Positions 46,020 through 58,054 of a stretch of 64,000 nucleotides of DNA are shown in pieces. Below the pieces are notes generated by a model. That model searched no databases. It saw nothing but the letters and a program-made list of their open reading frames with translations, and was not told where the DNA came from. The position numbers were made by a program, and so were the translations under genes. Source of the stretch: Emiliania huxleyi CCMP1516 (taxonomy: Eukaryota); the NCBI RefSeq assembly GCF_000372725.1, contig NW_005201192.1, positions 620,001 through 684,000 on the forward strand, in the 5' to 3' direction. Each line of letters starts with the position of its first letter. Within the stretch, counting starts at the first letter, position 1.

Positions 46020-48875
46020 CTAGTAGCACGGCAGCCCAGGGACGCACGACGCACCTCGAAAGGTGGTGTTGTACAGGGCAGCCCGCTGCCGCGAGAGCTC
46101 GAGGATCACGCTCCGGTCGGCGGTCGTGCGCGACTGCTCAAAGAGCGCGCGCCGCTCCGCGATGCGCCTCGCGCACGCTTCGTCGCACTCTGCCGCACTA
46201 CTGGCGCGCGGCATGGAGGGAGCGAGCAGCGCGCACGAGAGGAGCGCAGCCGTCGTCGAAGTGGCGTCCCTCCGGCTCGCACGCGGCGGCGGCTCGTCGA
46301 GGCTGAGCCGAGGAGGCGGCGATCGCGGCCCTCCTCCTCGCGCCGGCGGCGGCTTCGGGGCGGGCAAAAGGCCGTGGAAGAGGGAGAGGAGTCCCACGGC
46401 GGCGAACGCGGGCTTGGCCCAAGGCTGCCTCTGCCACGGCTCGCGCCCCTCCCCGCTCCCCTCTGGCGGTCCCTCCCCGCATGCCCGCTGCGACGCTCCG
46501 CCGCACTCCGCTGCCCACAGGGGCCTGGAGGGGAGGGCGGCGGCGGCGGCGGCGGCGAGCGCGCTGCGGCGGGGCGGTGCAGCCCGGAAGGCGCCGCCGC
46601 GAAGCCTCTTCAGCCGCGCGGCGTTGCGCTTCGCGAGGAGCTCCTGCGCCGCGCTCCTCTCCCCCTCGCTCATGCTCTCCCAGTTGGCGATGTAGCGGAG
46701 CTGCCCCGACTCGCCCACGACGACGGGGCCGAACGCCTCGAGCCGCGCCGCCTCGCCGCCCACCTTGAGGTGGCGAGCCGCGGCCTCCGCCTCGCAGGGC
46801 AGCGCTGGCGTTTCCGATGAAGGCGCTGGCGTCTCGTCCTCTGCGCCGCCGCCGCCGGCCGCCGCCGGCCGTGCCGGCCGCCGCTCGAGGACGACGCCGC
46901 ACTCGAGGTGAGGCGTGTACGGGAACTGGTCGAAGGCGGCGAGCCGCGTGAGGGTGTGCGTCGCACTCAGCTGCGCGAGGTCGCGCGCCAGCGTCTCCGG
47001 GTTGCAGGAGACGTACACGACGCGCGCGAAGGTTGCGGCGAGGGCGCGGCTCGTCTGGTCGAGTCCGGCGCGGGGCGGGTCGACGAGCAGCATGTGCCAC
47101 CTTTCATTCACAACCGGACGAACTAGTTCATCGAGTTACGCGAACCGACCAGGAGGGGGAGGAGGGGGCACAGGCTTCTGTCTTACGATGCGAGCTCGAC
47201 GCCGGCCTCGTCCAGCCGGCGGAAGGGGCGCCCCCCGGCGAGCGCCTCGACAAACTCCTCGGCAGACAGACGCGCGACGCGCGTGTTTGAGACGCCGTTA
47301 GCCTGCGGGGAGAGGGGCGGGGAGAGGGGCGGGGAGAGGGGCGGGGGAGAGGGGCGGGGGAGAGGGGTGGGGGAGAGGGGGCGGGGGAGAGGGGGTGGGG
47401 GAGAGGGGGCGGGGAGGGTGAGGCGGGGAGGCGGGGAGGCGGGGTGGCGGGGAGGGTGGGAAGGAGGGGCTTGCAGGCCTTGAGGTTCGCCTCGGCGAGG
47501 GCGACAGATGCCTTCGAGATCTCCGTCGCGACGACCCGCCTGCGGGACATGCCTCGCGTCGCGGACATGGACATGCCCAGCCTTCGGGAGACCCCGCGCC
47601 GCGGCGACGCGCCGAAAGTTTGGCGCGAGCGCGACCGTGAAGCAGCCGTTGCCGCAGTAGAGCTCGCAGAGGTCGGAGCCTAATCGCACGCGTCGAGGCC
47701 GTGTCCCGCACCTGTCCGGCCGTCGCCGCAGTCGAGCTCGCTCCGGGAGCCGTCGAGCCCGCGCGTCGCGTCAACCGCCCACCCCAGCATGGCGCTGCAC
47801 ACCTGCGCGTTTGGCTGCGTGAAGGCCCCTTCGGTCTGCAAGTAGACGCACTCGCCGCGGCCCGGCACCGACAGCCGCTCCTCCACCGTCTCGCACCCGA
47901 TCACTACCTTGACCTGAGTAAAGCGGGGAACTTAAATTTCCTCCATTGTCTCACGCCAGCGGACGACGCACGTCACTACCTTGCGCGACCGGCCGACGAC
48001 GCACACGCCCAGCGCCTCCGCCAGCTCCCTCGCCGCCGCCTCCCACGCGCCTCCGCCGATTGGCCGGTTGTACGTGACCGTGACCAGCGCGTCGCCCGTG
48101 GAGGTCGTGAGGAGGCGCACGTCGTTCAGCTTGTCGCGCAGCTCCTCGCTCGCCTAGTCGACGCGCACCAGCCCTCACGTACGGAGCTCGTCGTCGTCCC
48201 GGCTGGGCACAGCTCCGCCCTCGCCGCCAGCCCCTCGATCAGCGGGCCCATCAGCTCGCTGAGCCTCGGAGAGCCCATCGGGTACGTCCTCACCTGTCGA
48301 CACACCGCCGGCTGTGACGACGCCGTGCACAGCCCTTCGGGGTCGAGCCGAGGCGCGAGGGAGCGAGGCACTGAGCCCAGGCAGTGTGCCGAGGGTCGGT
48401 GCTGTGCCGAGGGTCTGGGAACCTCGTGAGGCGTGCGCGAGTCTCCTCGGTTGAACATGACGTAGTGCAGCCCCGCGCCCTCTCGCCAGATCTGGAAGGA
48501 GGCGCGCATGCGAAAGTTCGTCCGAGCCGACTCGAACACCTCGATCGCGGGCAGCTCCGTCGTCTGCGGCTCGGAAGCCGACGATGACCCGGCGGCGACA
48601 GCGCCGGTGACGAGCTGCACCATGCTCGCCACCTTGCTGGACAGCAGCTTATCGTACTGCTCCGGATGGCACGCGGCAATCTCCGGCACGCCGCTATCGC
48701 TGCGCTGCAGCACTCGCGGCGGCCGTGGGACCGCTGCGGGGCCTCGCCGGCGGCTGCGCCGGGCCAGCATCGACAGCGACGCAAAGCGACAACCGGCCCA
48801 CAGCCTGTGCTGCGGCAGCGAGAGGCCCAAGGCTGGCTGCTTCAGGCCGAACATGAGAAGCAGCGTTAGGGTCAT
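46020..48875 (-). CDS. trmA: tRNA (uracil-5-)-methyltransferase TrmA-like, multi-exon, with long C-terminal extension
   Basis: Motifs FRMRASFQIW, QTEGAFTQPNA, DLCELYCGNGCFT, VDPPRAGLD, YVSCNPETL and FDQFPYTPHLECGV. N-terminal targeting-like peptide. Confidence 0.9.
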
Positions 48876-49164
48876 GCGTGGCGGCAGCGTGGTGGTGGTG
48901 CTGCTGCTGCTTCCACGAGCCGCCCAGCGGCGCGACCGCGCTCTCGCGCTCTTCCGCGCCGCCGCCGCGCTCAGCCGTGGCTCGGGGCCGGGAAAGAAGA
49001 ATTCCTCTGCGGCCCTGGATGTGCGGTTAATGACTGCAGTCCAAGTGCTCCAAGTGCATCCAAGTGCATCCAAAATAGTTTACCTTCTAACCCTATAAGT
49101 CTCACCGCCACCAGTTTCCGACCGTCCCACCGATTCGGTCGTTTGCACCACCAGCTCCGCCCAA

Positions 49165-50565
49165 TGGCCAAGCGACGGCTGAACCCGGACGAGATTCGAG
49201 CAGCCGTGGAGGCGGGACCGCCCCCCCACTCAGTCAACTACGAGACCGACAAAAAATGGCATGCCGAGCAGAATCGCTGGCTTGCCAAATGGACCGAACG
49301 CCGGCTCCCCCCCGACAGCGGCGACAGCGGGAGCAGCCGGCGGGACCAGTGGCGCGATCGAAAGCAGCAGCATGCACGGCTGCTGCGGGCGGCGGAGAAG
49401 GAGCCATCTGCCTCCCTGAAGCGCCAGCGCAAGGCCGCAGCGACACCTGCCGTGACACATAGCGGCCGTGTGCACGCTGGCCCGCCACGGCTCAAGAGGC
49501 CAAAGCCGCCGCCGGAAGGTGGCGACCAGCAGGCGTACGAGCTCGCCATGGGCATGTATGGTATTGCTCGCGACACCAGGCGCAAGATGTCGAGGCGGAC
49601 CAAGAGCGAAGACGCCGAGCGCAAGAGGGATGCGCGAGCGATCACGGCGATGATGGCAAGTGCGAGCATTGGTTCGGCGACTACACAGAGCGCCGCTGCT
49701 GGAGCTGCCGGCGCCACCTCCAGCCAGATGGTTCCTGAAGCAGGCATGCCGGGGGTGGCTTTGCCTCCCATCCCTCCCCGCCCCACCCACCATCACCACA
49801 CAAGGCTTCCCCGTGGTAGGGCTGCAGGCAGTCAAGGCCGCCAAGGAGCGAATGGAGAGGGAGCGCGAGCGGTCGCAGCGGCGGCGTGACGTGGCCAAGC
49901 TCACGGTGACAAGCTATTATGAGGAGCGCATGCGGATTCGGCGGCTCGATGAGCAGGTGGCGCTGCTCAAGGCCGTCGATGAGGCGCTGCGAGATTCTGA
50001 CTATTGGCGGACCACTGGCTTCTTTAGCAGCGTGCGAGGGGATAACTACTATGACCATTGGCTGTGCCTCGCAATCAAGGAGTGGGCCGCTTCGCATGAG
50101 CCAGATGGCTCCCAGCAGTGGGAAAGCGCACTGATGGCGGTGGCGGTCGAGTCCGCTACACGACGCGGCTGTGGGACTGGAGCATCAGCCACCGGGTTTC
50201 GGCGCATCGGTGCACTGGCCACGCTGCGGTGGCTGCTGCCCAGCCTGAGCTTCAAGCCCATACCCGGCTCACTTGACCCTGACCCTGTCTTGGGCGTGCA
50301 GCAACGCGCTGCAGCAGGCTACTGCGTGTGCGGATGCGTCCTGGAGCCTTTTGAGCCGCTCTCTCAGGAGGATCTCGCGCTTGGCGGCCCACCCACGGAC
50401 GAGTGCAACACACCCGCCAGCGGACTGGTGCCCTTTTGCAGAGTGCACGGCCGGCGTAAACGTTACAGGCTACCGGATAGATTGATCCAGAAGATGCAAG
50501 AGTACAATGTGGCACGGCAAAGACGGCAAGACCTGAGCATGTTTGGTGTGTTGCCGCAATTTTAA
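49165..50565 (+). CDS. Hypothetical basic/coiled protein with Cys motif (two frames; intron or frameshift near 49800)
   Basis: Consecutive long ORFs 49143-49889 and 49660-50565, with CVCGC...FCRVH near the end. No family recognised; may be element-borne. Confidence 0.35.
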
Positions 50566-51848
50566 CGAGGGCCTTTTCTTTGTGCAAAATTCAGTAGAAA
50601 AGTTCTTTTTACGAATCTGATCTGGCCTCCAAGCGGTGGCGACCACGTGCCTGAGGACTGGGTTGGAGATGGCACGTTGGATAGCAATCGCGATGGAGAT
50701 TATCTTGGCATGCCATACCTCACCAGCTTCTGCACGGCGTGCAAACGAATCCGTTCTGATGAGCCTTTCCTTTCGCATGTGGCCAGAGACCCTGACCTGC
50801 GAGTTTGCATGTGCATGAAAGTCTCAACCACAGTGAGCGTGAGGCTGTGCGTGGCTGTCGGAGACTCCGTGCGGCTGCGCGATGCGCTTTGCCAGCACTG
50901 TCGAAAGTCGGATCCGGTGGAGGATCAGTGAGTTACCCGCTTACGTGAAGAAACATAACGGCCAGAGAAAAGGCAACACGCCGCAGGTCCACACTAGTCT
51001 ATTGCAAAAGTTTATTAGCAGGACCCCCCTACCGCCGCCCAGTACGTGCTCCGCAGCTGAGCCCACGCACCCCACAGTAGCTCAGGGACACAATAAGCTC
51101 GCATACAAGTGCTGGTTGGTACGCACAGCTCGACGCGTACTCGAATGCTGCCACTGTCATTCTAGCCGGCGAGCGGCGGCGTCACAGCGTCGACTCTCGC
51201 ATCGCGATGAGACGCACTGCTTGCCCAGACGCGCGCCTTGGCGCGCTCCTGTGGTGCAGGAGGAAGGCCAGCGCTCGTGCTGCGCAGGCCCGGCCGTCTG
51301 GTTGAAGGGAGCAGCAGCTGGCGCTCAACAGCAGCGCTGGCGAGCGGCGCAGCCACACCACTCTCCCGCCAAGACACGTGTCATTTCGCGCCAAGATTTG
51401 GCGCCAAAATGGCACTTTAGTGTCCACCTAGCCACGTGGTCGCGGCCTGAAGCTCCAAGCTTCTGGGAGTGAGGTCCCACATCACAGACAGGGCTCCATT
51501 TGAGTGCAGGCGGCACCCTTCCGATCGTTCGCCGCGATATACGAAACCGGCATGTTGTTAAATAACTTTTGGAATAGAAGGTAGTTTTTTACTGGCTGCT
51601 GACCGTGCCATGCTGCATAGCTCGCGGCCTAAGTATCCAGCATTCAGTGACGACCTGATCGTACGGCCAGTAGGAAGGTGTCCTTCCATCGTGTGCACGC
51701 TTCTGACGCAATGCGCGTCACAAACCTCGGATTGGCTGCTGGCACTCTCGAGGCCATGCCTACACAGCCTCGCGCGCATGGGCAGTCAAGAGGGACCACG
51801 CACCTTCTTGAGCACTTGAGCACCGGATAGGGTCGATTCCGCATGGTA

Positions 51849-52716
51849 ACTGGTTGGGTAGTAGTCTAAGTTCTGAGCCTCGCGGCTTAACGGGTCTAAG
51901 TGTGGCTAGCCACGCTGGAGTGCTTACGCGGTCTAAGATCAGCGGGAGCCTCTTACACCGGCTAAGTCGGCCATGGCACGCGATATACGGCGCTCGCGCC
52001 CAAATTTTCTTCGCCTGCGCGGCGGGCGATCGATCCTCCTCATGCTCAGCAATCGCCGCCTCAGCATCCTCCTCTTCCGATTCTCGTTGCTGCTTCTTGA
52101 GCGCACTTCGGCGACATCTAGCCAAATAGTTCTCACAAATAGCCTCAAGCTCAAACAAACGCATGTCAGAGAAGCCTGTGTATGCTGGTCCTCTTTGAAC
52201 GATCCGCGCGTGAGGTAGCATAGGGCCTTGTTGGCAGCAGCCAGCTTGTTGCGCTGCTTCGTTGCGATGAGCTGATTGGGATCGCAGAAGTGCATGCCAA
52301 GCACCGCCACGATCTTGAAGCAGAACACATCGCAACCGCATCGTCCGCACTGCCATCGGCATGCCGCGCCCGCCGCTTCGCCGCAGCCGCCTTAAGGCAC
52401 GCATAGCGGCAGCACATGGTACGGTGCGCGTACTTGAGCAGGCGTTGCGCGCCGCAAGTAGCGCACTGGCCCTGGGAGACGGCGATATGGCGTCGTGCGC
52501 GGCATACGCTGGTCGGGACCGCGTCCAGGTATTTTTCGGGTAAACCTGGACTTTTGCAGGTTTTACCCGGAGTTGGCCTCGTGTCGTCTAAGTTCATGGC
52601 CCCCGGCCTTCCAGCGTCTAAGTCTGAGCCCGGCTCCGTGCGGGGGCTAAGTTGAGCGCTCGCTCGCTGCAGAGGCTAAGTGTAGAGCGACCCTCTAGCC
52701 CTACTACCCAACCATT
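51849..52716. mobile_element. Non-autonomous DNA transposon with 16-bp TIR and 8-bp TSD (hAT-like by TSD length)
   Basis: Ends ACTGGTTGGGTAGTAG and CTACTACCCAACCATT. GCATGGTA is duplicated at 51841-51848 and 52717-52724. Subterminal (G/T)CTAAG repeats at both ends. Confidence 0.85.
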
Positions 52717-52850
52717 GCATGGTACGGGACCCCTCGATCGTCTCGCCCTCCCTCACTGGTGTGTTCATTGGGGGGGGTCATAACAAACACGGTACAGGAT
52801 CGAGGTGCACGCTGCCAACGCAGTGTCGTCCCCCCTCTCCCCGACGGCAG

Positions 52851-53142
52851 TGACTCTCTGTGTGTCAGGGATAGTCAGGGCTGTCCATCAGAGCTCCAGT
52901 AAGCTCGGAGACACCCCATTAGCGCGGCTCGACCTCTTTGAGTCACTGCCTTCCCGGCGGGTTGGCTCGAGGCTGTAGAGCCTCTACAAACAAACTCTGC
53001 AGCAAAATCGCGCTCTACATCGCTCTACAACGCACCCGCATCGTCCCGCGGCGGATGTAGAGCTGTAGAGCTCTACAGCGCTCCAGAGCGCTCTACATCT
53101 CTACATCTCTACAGCGCTCTACACCCTACATCCTCTACATCC
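52851..53142 (-). mobile_element. Partial inverted copy of the 41032-41924 element
   Basis: Reverse complement of about 41040-41337. Confidence 0.85.
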
Positions 53143-53144
53143 TC

Positions 53145-53843
53145 ACATGCATAGCTCGCGGCCTTAGTATCCAGCATTCAGTGACGACCTGATCGTACGG
53201 CCAGTAGGAAGGTGTCCTTCCAGCTGCGTGCACGCTTCTGACGCAATGCGTGTCGCCTCGGATTGGCTGCTGGCACTCTCGAGGCTATGCCTACGCAGCC
53301 TCGCGCGCATGGGCAGTCAAGAGGGACCATGCACCTTCTCAGGACAGCGCCGGTGCCTCTCTCTGGACCGGCAAACTTGGTGGTCACTCTCGTGTCACCA
53401 ATGTGGGACCAGTGCGGCATCGCGCCATCGACAGCTCTGAACTGCGCCTCACCACTGACCGGGAAGGCCGCCAAGGGGCCAGCACAGGTCGCACATTGTG
53501 GCAGCAGTCAGCTGTGCATGGCTGATAGCTAGAGCAGCAGCGTCAGGGTCGCAGGGTCGGATCGTGTCAAGCCTCTCGCCCGGCCGGCCGCGTGTAGTAT
53601 GTCGGCGGTCACGGTACGTCGTACGACCGATCAGGTTAGTGTTTTCTTATGTGGTTAGAGGGTCTATCTGTATGTACTCCTCGGAGATCTCTCCAAATCT
53701 GCCTTCTGTTAGACCGGGTTAGATCGGGAAGTCGGTAGTATGAGCGACTGTGAGCGCCGGGGCCCCGTTTCCGCACTGCGGCGCGGCGCACGGTGCCCCC
53801 GTCCGGGGGCCCCCGCCTCCCCCCTAGCCTCCCCCCAGAGAGC
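53145..53843 (+). mobile_element. Copy of the 28334-29670 repeat family
   Basis: Near identical to 28545-29230. Ends in GGGGGCCCCCGC...CCCCCCAGAGAGC. Confidence 0.85.
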
Positions 53844-54499
53844 AGATCTCCATGGCGGCGGTGTGGCCCGGGCGACGCCGACAACATCAACAAGCAGGCG
53901 CGCAAGATGCGTACCAACTGGGTCAACTCCCCTGAGCGTGCCAATTGGGTCAAGAACAAGCAAACAAACGGCAACGGCTTCTTACGCTCGGCCACTGTGG
54001 GGGTGCCCGCGCCGCCTACCTTGAGCACTTGAGGCCCGCAGGCGCATTTTGTATACCGAGGCGGTGCCCGGTGCCGAACCTGTCGGACCTTAAGACAGCA
54101 TTGTAGATCCCTGGGCGAGGGTGGTGGCGTCCCCGTCGGGTCAGGGCTGAGGCGGGGGAGGCCAACCCGATCTCTCCGGCGTCCCGGGAGCGTGATTGAC
54201 ACCTCCCCCTGCGCCAACAGCCCCGTGGAGGGAGTGTTCATTGGGGGGGATCCTATAGTTCCGAGATTGTTATAGTTCCGCGGACGGGCCCCTCCACCCT
54301 TCACGTACGGATCTTGTAAAGAAAGGAAACAGCCAAAAAAGGGAGGATGGGAGGACGGGCCGCCACCACACAGGGATTTTAAGGAGATAAGTGCGGTGCT
54401 ATCCTTCGCCCACCCTCGGGCGTCTACCTCTTCCTAGGTGCGCAGTTACTCGTTTTCCGAAAGGGACTGGGCTCGTTCGGCGCGGGCGGCCGAGTAGAC

Positions 54500-55747
54500 A
54501 TGTTGGAAAGCTCGACCGTGGTCTGGCTCAGGTCCGCTGCGCGTGAGGCGTCGTACCGGCTCGCGCGCTTCCTTCCCGAGTCGAGCGACGCCGTGCAGCC
54601 CGACTCGCCCATCCACATCTTGGGGACTGTGGTGGAGGCCTCTGCTGAGGCGACCGCCGAGGTGCAGGCCTGCGTGCGTGCGTGCCTTTGGTTCACGTAC
54701 CGGCAGCACTTTGAGCCGATCCCGGGCACGGTCTTCACGAGCGACGCCGGCTGGGGCTGCATGATGCGCAGCGGGCAGATGATACTCGCGCAAGCACTGC
54801 TGCGGCTGAGCGCGGGCGGCGGCGGCGCGGGCGCGTCGCTCGAGCGGCGCGAGGCGGCGACGGTGGCGCTCTTCGCCGACTGCCTCGCCGCACCCTATTC
54901 GCTCCACCGGATCACGCTCGAGGGCCAGGCGCAGGGGCTGCCGGTCGGGCGGTGGATGGGGCCGGCCAGCATCGCGCAGGTGCTGGTGCGGCTGGCGGAC
55001 CGCGCGCGCGAAGCTGCGGCCGGCGAGGGGGCCGCGGCGGGGGACGCGGCGGCGGGGGACGCGGCGGCGGGCGGCGCGGCGGCGGCGCGGTGCGGTCCGG
55101 GCGTGGTGCTGCACGTTGCGATGGATGGGTCCGTGTACAGAGACGAGGTTGTCGCGGCGGCGAGTGGTGGCGGAGGCGGGTGGCGGCCGCTGCTGCTGCT
55201 CGTGCCCCTGCGGCTGGGGCTCGACCGGCTCAACGCGGAGTACGTGCCAACCATCCTCGGCTTGCTGCGGCTGCCTCAGTGCGTCGGAGTCATCGGAGGA
55301 CGGCCGCGCTCGTCGTACTACTTTATTGGGAGCCAAGGCGAGCCCGCGCGAGTCGCACGGGGAGGGGGAGGGGGAGGGAGAGGGGGAGGGGGGGGCGTGA
55401 GGCGAGGGTTTGCGCCTCTAGGCGAGCGGCTGCTCTACCTCGACCCGCACGAGGTCCAGCCCGCGCTGCGGCCCGACGACCCCGACGTCGCCTCCTGCCA
55501 CTACGGGCGAGGCCTCAGGTCGGTCCGGGTGGGGGACATCGACCCGTCGCTGGCGTTCGGCTTCCTGTGCGGGAGCGCGGACGAGTTCGACGAGCTCTGC
55601 GCCGGCTGCGCGCGCGTCGGCTCCTCCTCCCTCTCCGCCTTCAGCATCGCCGAGGCGCGCGTGCTCTGCTACGAGCGTGCGGGCAGCGAGGCGGAGGAGG
55701 CGGAGCCCCTCTCCTCGGACGACGACGACGACCTCGTCGTCTTGTAG
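54500..55747 (+). CDS. ATG4: Autophagy cysteine protease ATG4 (peptidase C54), one in-frame intron at about 55338-55421
   Basis: Motifs WFTYR, TSDAGWGCMMRSGQMILAQAL, LLVPLRLG, GVIGGRPRSSYYFIG, LYLDPH and IDPSLAFGF. Confidence 0.96.
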   Translation: MLESSTVVWLRSAAREASYRLARFLPESSDAVQPDSPIHILGTVVEASAEATAEVQACVRACLWFTYRQHFEPIPGTVFTSDAGWGCMMRSGQMILAQALLRLSAGGGGAGASLERREAATVALFADCLAAPYSLHRITLEGQAQGLPVGRWMGPASIAQVLVRLADRAREAAAGEGAAAGDAAAGDAAAGGAAAARCGPGVVLHVAMDGSVYRDEVVAAASGGGGGWRPLLLLVPLRLGLDRLNAEYVPTILGLLRLPQCVGVIGGRPRSSYYFIGSQGEPARVARGGGGGGRGGGGGVRRGFAPLGERLLYLDPHEVQPALRPDDPDVASCHYGRGLRSVRVGDIDPSLAFGFLCGSADEFDELCAGCARVGSSSLSAFSIAEARVLCYERAGSEAEEAEPLSSDDDDDLVVL

Positions 55748-56301
55748 GGTCTTCTTGTAGGGGAGGCGGGCGGGCGGGGGGGCGGCAGGGGCCCCCGGCT
55801 GGGGCGGCGCCTCCTCCCCCCTCCCTTCCTGGAGGAGGGAGGGGGCGAGGTCGCCGCCCTCGAGGCGGGGGCGCGAGTGGCTGGCTCGGGGGGAAGGGGG
55901 AGGAGGGGGGCGGGGCAGCTGCGGGGAGTGGTGCCGTGAGGGAGAGGACATCAGCCCGGAGGACTCAAGGCTGAGGACGCACCCGTTGTGTGTGTGTGTG
56001 TGCGTGAATATCTCCGCGCGGTGTTCCCTCTGAGTTGTGCTTGGTCGTGCGGTTTTGTGTCTGAGAGCTGCTTTTGAGTTGTCAGTTGACGTCCATGATC
56101 GCGACCATCGAGCGGTCTTACATGTGTTCAGTGTCAAAGAAAACGTAGTACCAAACACCAGAGGAGGAGAGAACACTCCGGCCAACCGCGCGCGCCGCCG
56201 GCTGGGAGAGCGACAGCGCACACCGGACAGGACCGGCGCTCACACTGTGTGTGACAGACGCGCCGGCCGCTCGCTCGTCCAGGACCCACGGCTCACACGG
56301 G

Positions 56302-57356
56302 TCAACCATCAGGCACAAGAGATGGTGGCTGCGCGAAGCGCGACAGTATGTACATGGAGTTTGTGGAGGGGGGGGGGGGGGGGGAGGTTGCGGGTGCGGG
56401 TGCGGGTGCGGGTCGCGGGTGTGGCGGGCGGCGGGCCGCCTCGATGAAGTGGAAGGTGTACTCGTTGAAGTCGGCCAGCGGCTGGATGTTGTACGCCACG
56501 ATCGAGCGCGAGTTGTTGAACATGCGGAGCTGGCCGACGACCCGGACGACCTTGCCCTCGCGCCACTCCGCGCGCCGCTGGACCATGAGCTCCTCCGACT
56601 CCTGGTCCACCCTGCGGGCCCGCGGGGAGGCGGGTGCGAGGCGGAGGGGTGGAGGGAACGGGGGGCAGCCTCGCCCTCGGCGCTCTGCGGCCGCCTCCCC
56701 TCAGAGGGAGAGGGGAGGGGCGGCGGGAGGGGGATGGCGGCTGCGAGGCGCACCACATCTTGACGATGATGTCGTCGGTGCCGTCGTCGATGGTGTACTG
56801 CAGGTTCGTGTTCTGCTCCTCGGCGGTCATGATGAGACCCACGATGGTGACCTGGTGCAGCTCGTGTCCGTCAACGGTGAAGTTCTGCTCGCCCGACGCG
56901 GCCGAGGGAGCATTCTTCAGCTGCTTGATGGTGACAGGCAGCAGCGACTGCTTCTCCTTGGCGTTCTTCGCCTGCGCGGCGCAGGCGAGCGGCATCCGAG
57001 GGGGCGGGGTGAGCTTGTGGGCGAACCAGCGGCCGCGGCTGCTGTGGGTGTGCGCAAAGCCACCTTGCCGTCGGGACCGCTGTTGTCCACGTTGAAGCCG
57101 CCCGCCGCGCCCTGGCTGCCCTGCTGGTAGGCCTGGCCACCAAACTGGTCCCCACCCTGCCGCACGCACGCGCGCCGCGCCGCGGTCAGCCGGGTGCGCG
57201 TGTGCGTGTGCCGTCGAGAGGAGCGGGCGCGCGCACCCCCGCCACGAAGCCGCCGCCGCCGCCAAACTGGTCGCCGCCGAACTGGTCGCCGCCAAACTGG
57301 CCGCCGCCGCCAAACCCGCCCGCGTCGTAGCCCCCGAAAGCGCCTCCGCCGTACAT
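56302..57356 (-). CDS. RPA2: Replication protein A 32-kDa subunit (OB fold), multi-exon; 3' end unclear
   Basis: Gly-rich N-terminus; QSLLPVTIKQL, VTIVGLI, YTIDDGT, VRVVGQLRMF and DFNEYTFHFIE. Confidence 0.88.
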
Positions 57357-58054
57357 GATGCTGGATACGATATCGCGGTTGGGCTGCTGCCTTTGTCCTC
57401 TCCCGCCCACTTGGTTCCAACTTTTTGCGGGGTATGGTATGGTACGGCCCGAAGGGTGGGGGGGGGGTATGGTCCTGACCGCCCAAGACTAGCCCTCGAC
57501 AGGGATGGGGGGGTATGGTCCCTCGGCCCCTCCCTCTACTGCGCCGCCGAGCCCGCAGCGCCATGAGGTAGGAGCACGCGCCCGTGTGCCGTGTCGCGGA
57601 GCTGCTGCAGCTGCTCCACGCTCCACTCGCCGACACCCTTCTGGTTGCGGAGCGCCTCAATGTAAGTCCCCCGAGATTGCGCCGCTGGCGCCGTTGGAAT
57701 GCGGATAGTAACTACTCTCTGTGGTGCCCCCTTTGGCACTTTACTCCTGTCCCGCGTGACCCTCTGTCTCACATGAGTTTCGTCCCTCGATTGTGTCACG
57801 CGTCTCCTCCTAGTTCGGCTCTGCCGAACTGCGGTCGTATCGTAGCTGCTCTCTTTCTGCTCTTGTTTGTACTTGGCCTATACTCTCGGCCTCCTCCGCG
57901 CGCCGCCGGGCGCGAGTGGGAGCCCTCGTGCTCCCGCAATCAAACGTGGTGACCCATGATGGATCGGTACCCGGCACGTGCAGTGCCGTCAACCATGGCC
58001 GACGACATCCGACAACAACCGACATACGACAACCTCGGCCTGACTCGAGAACCT

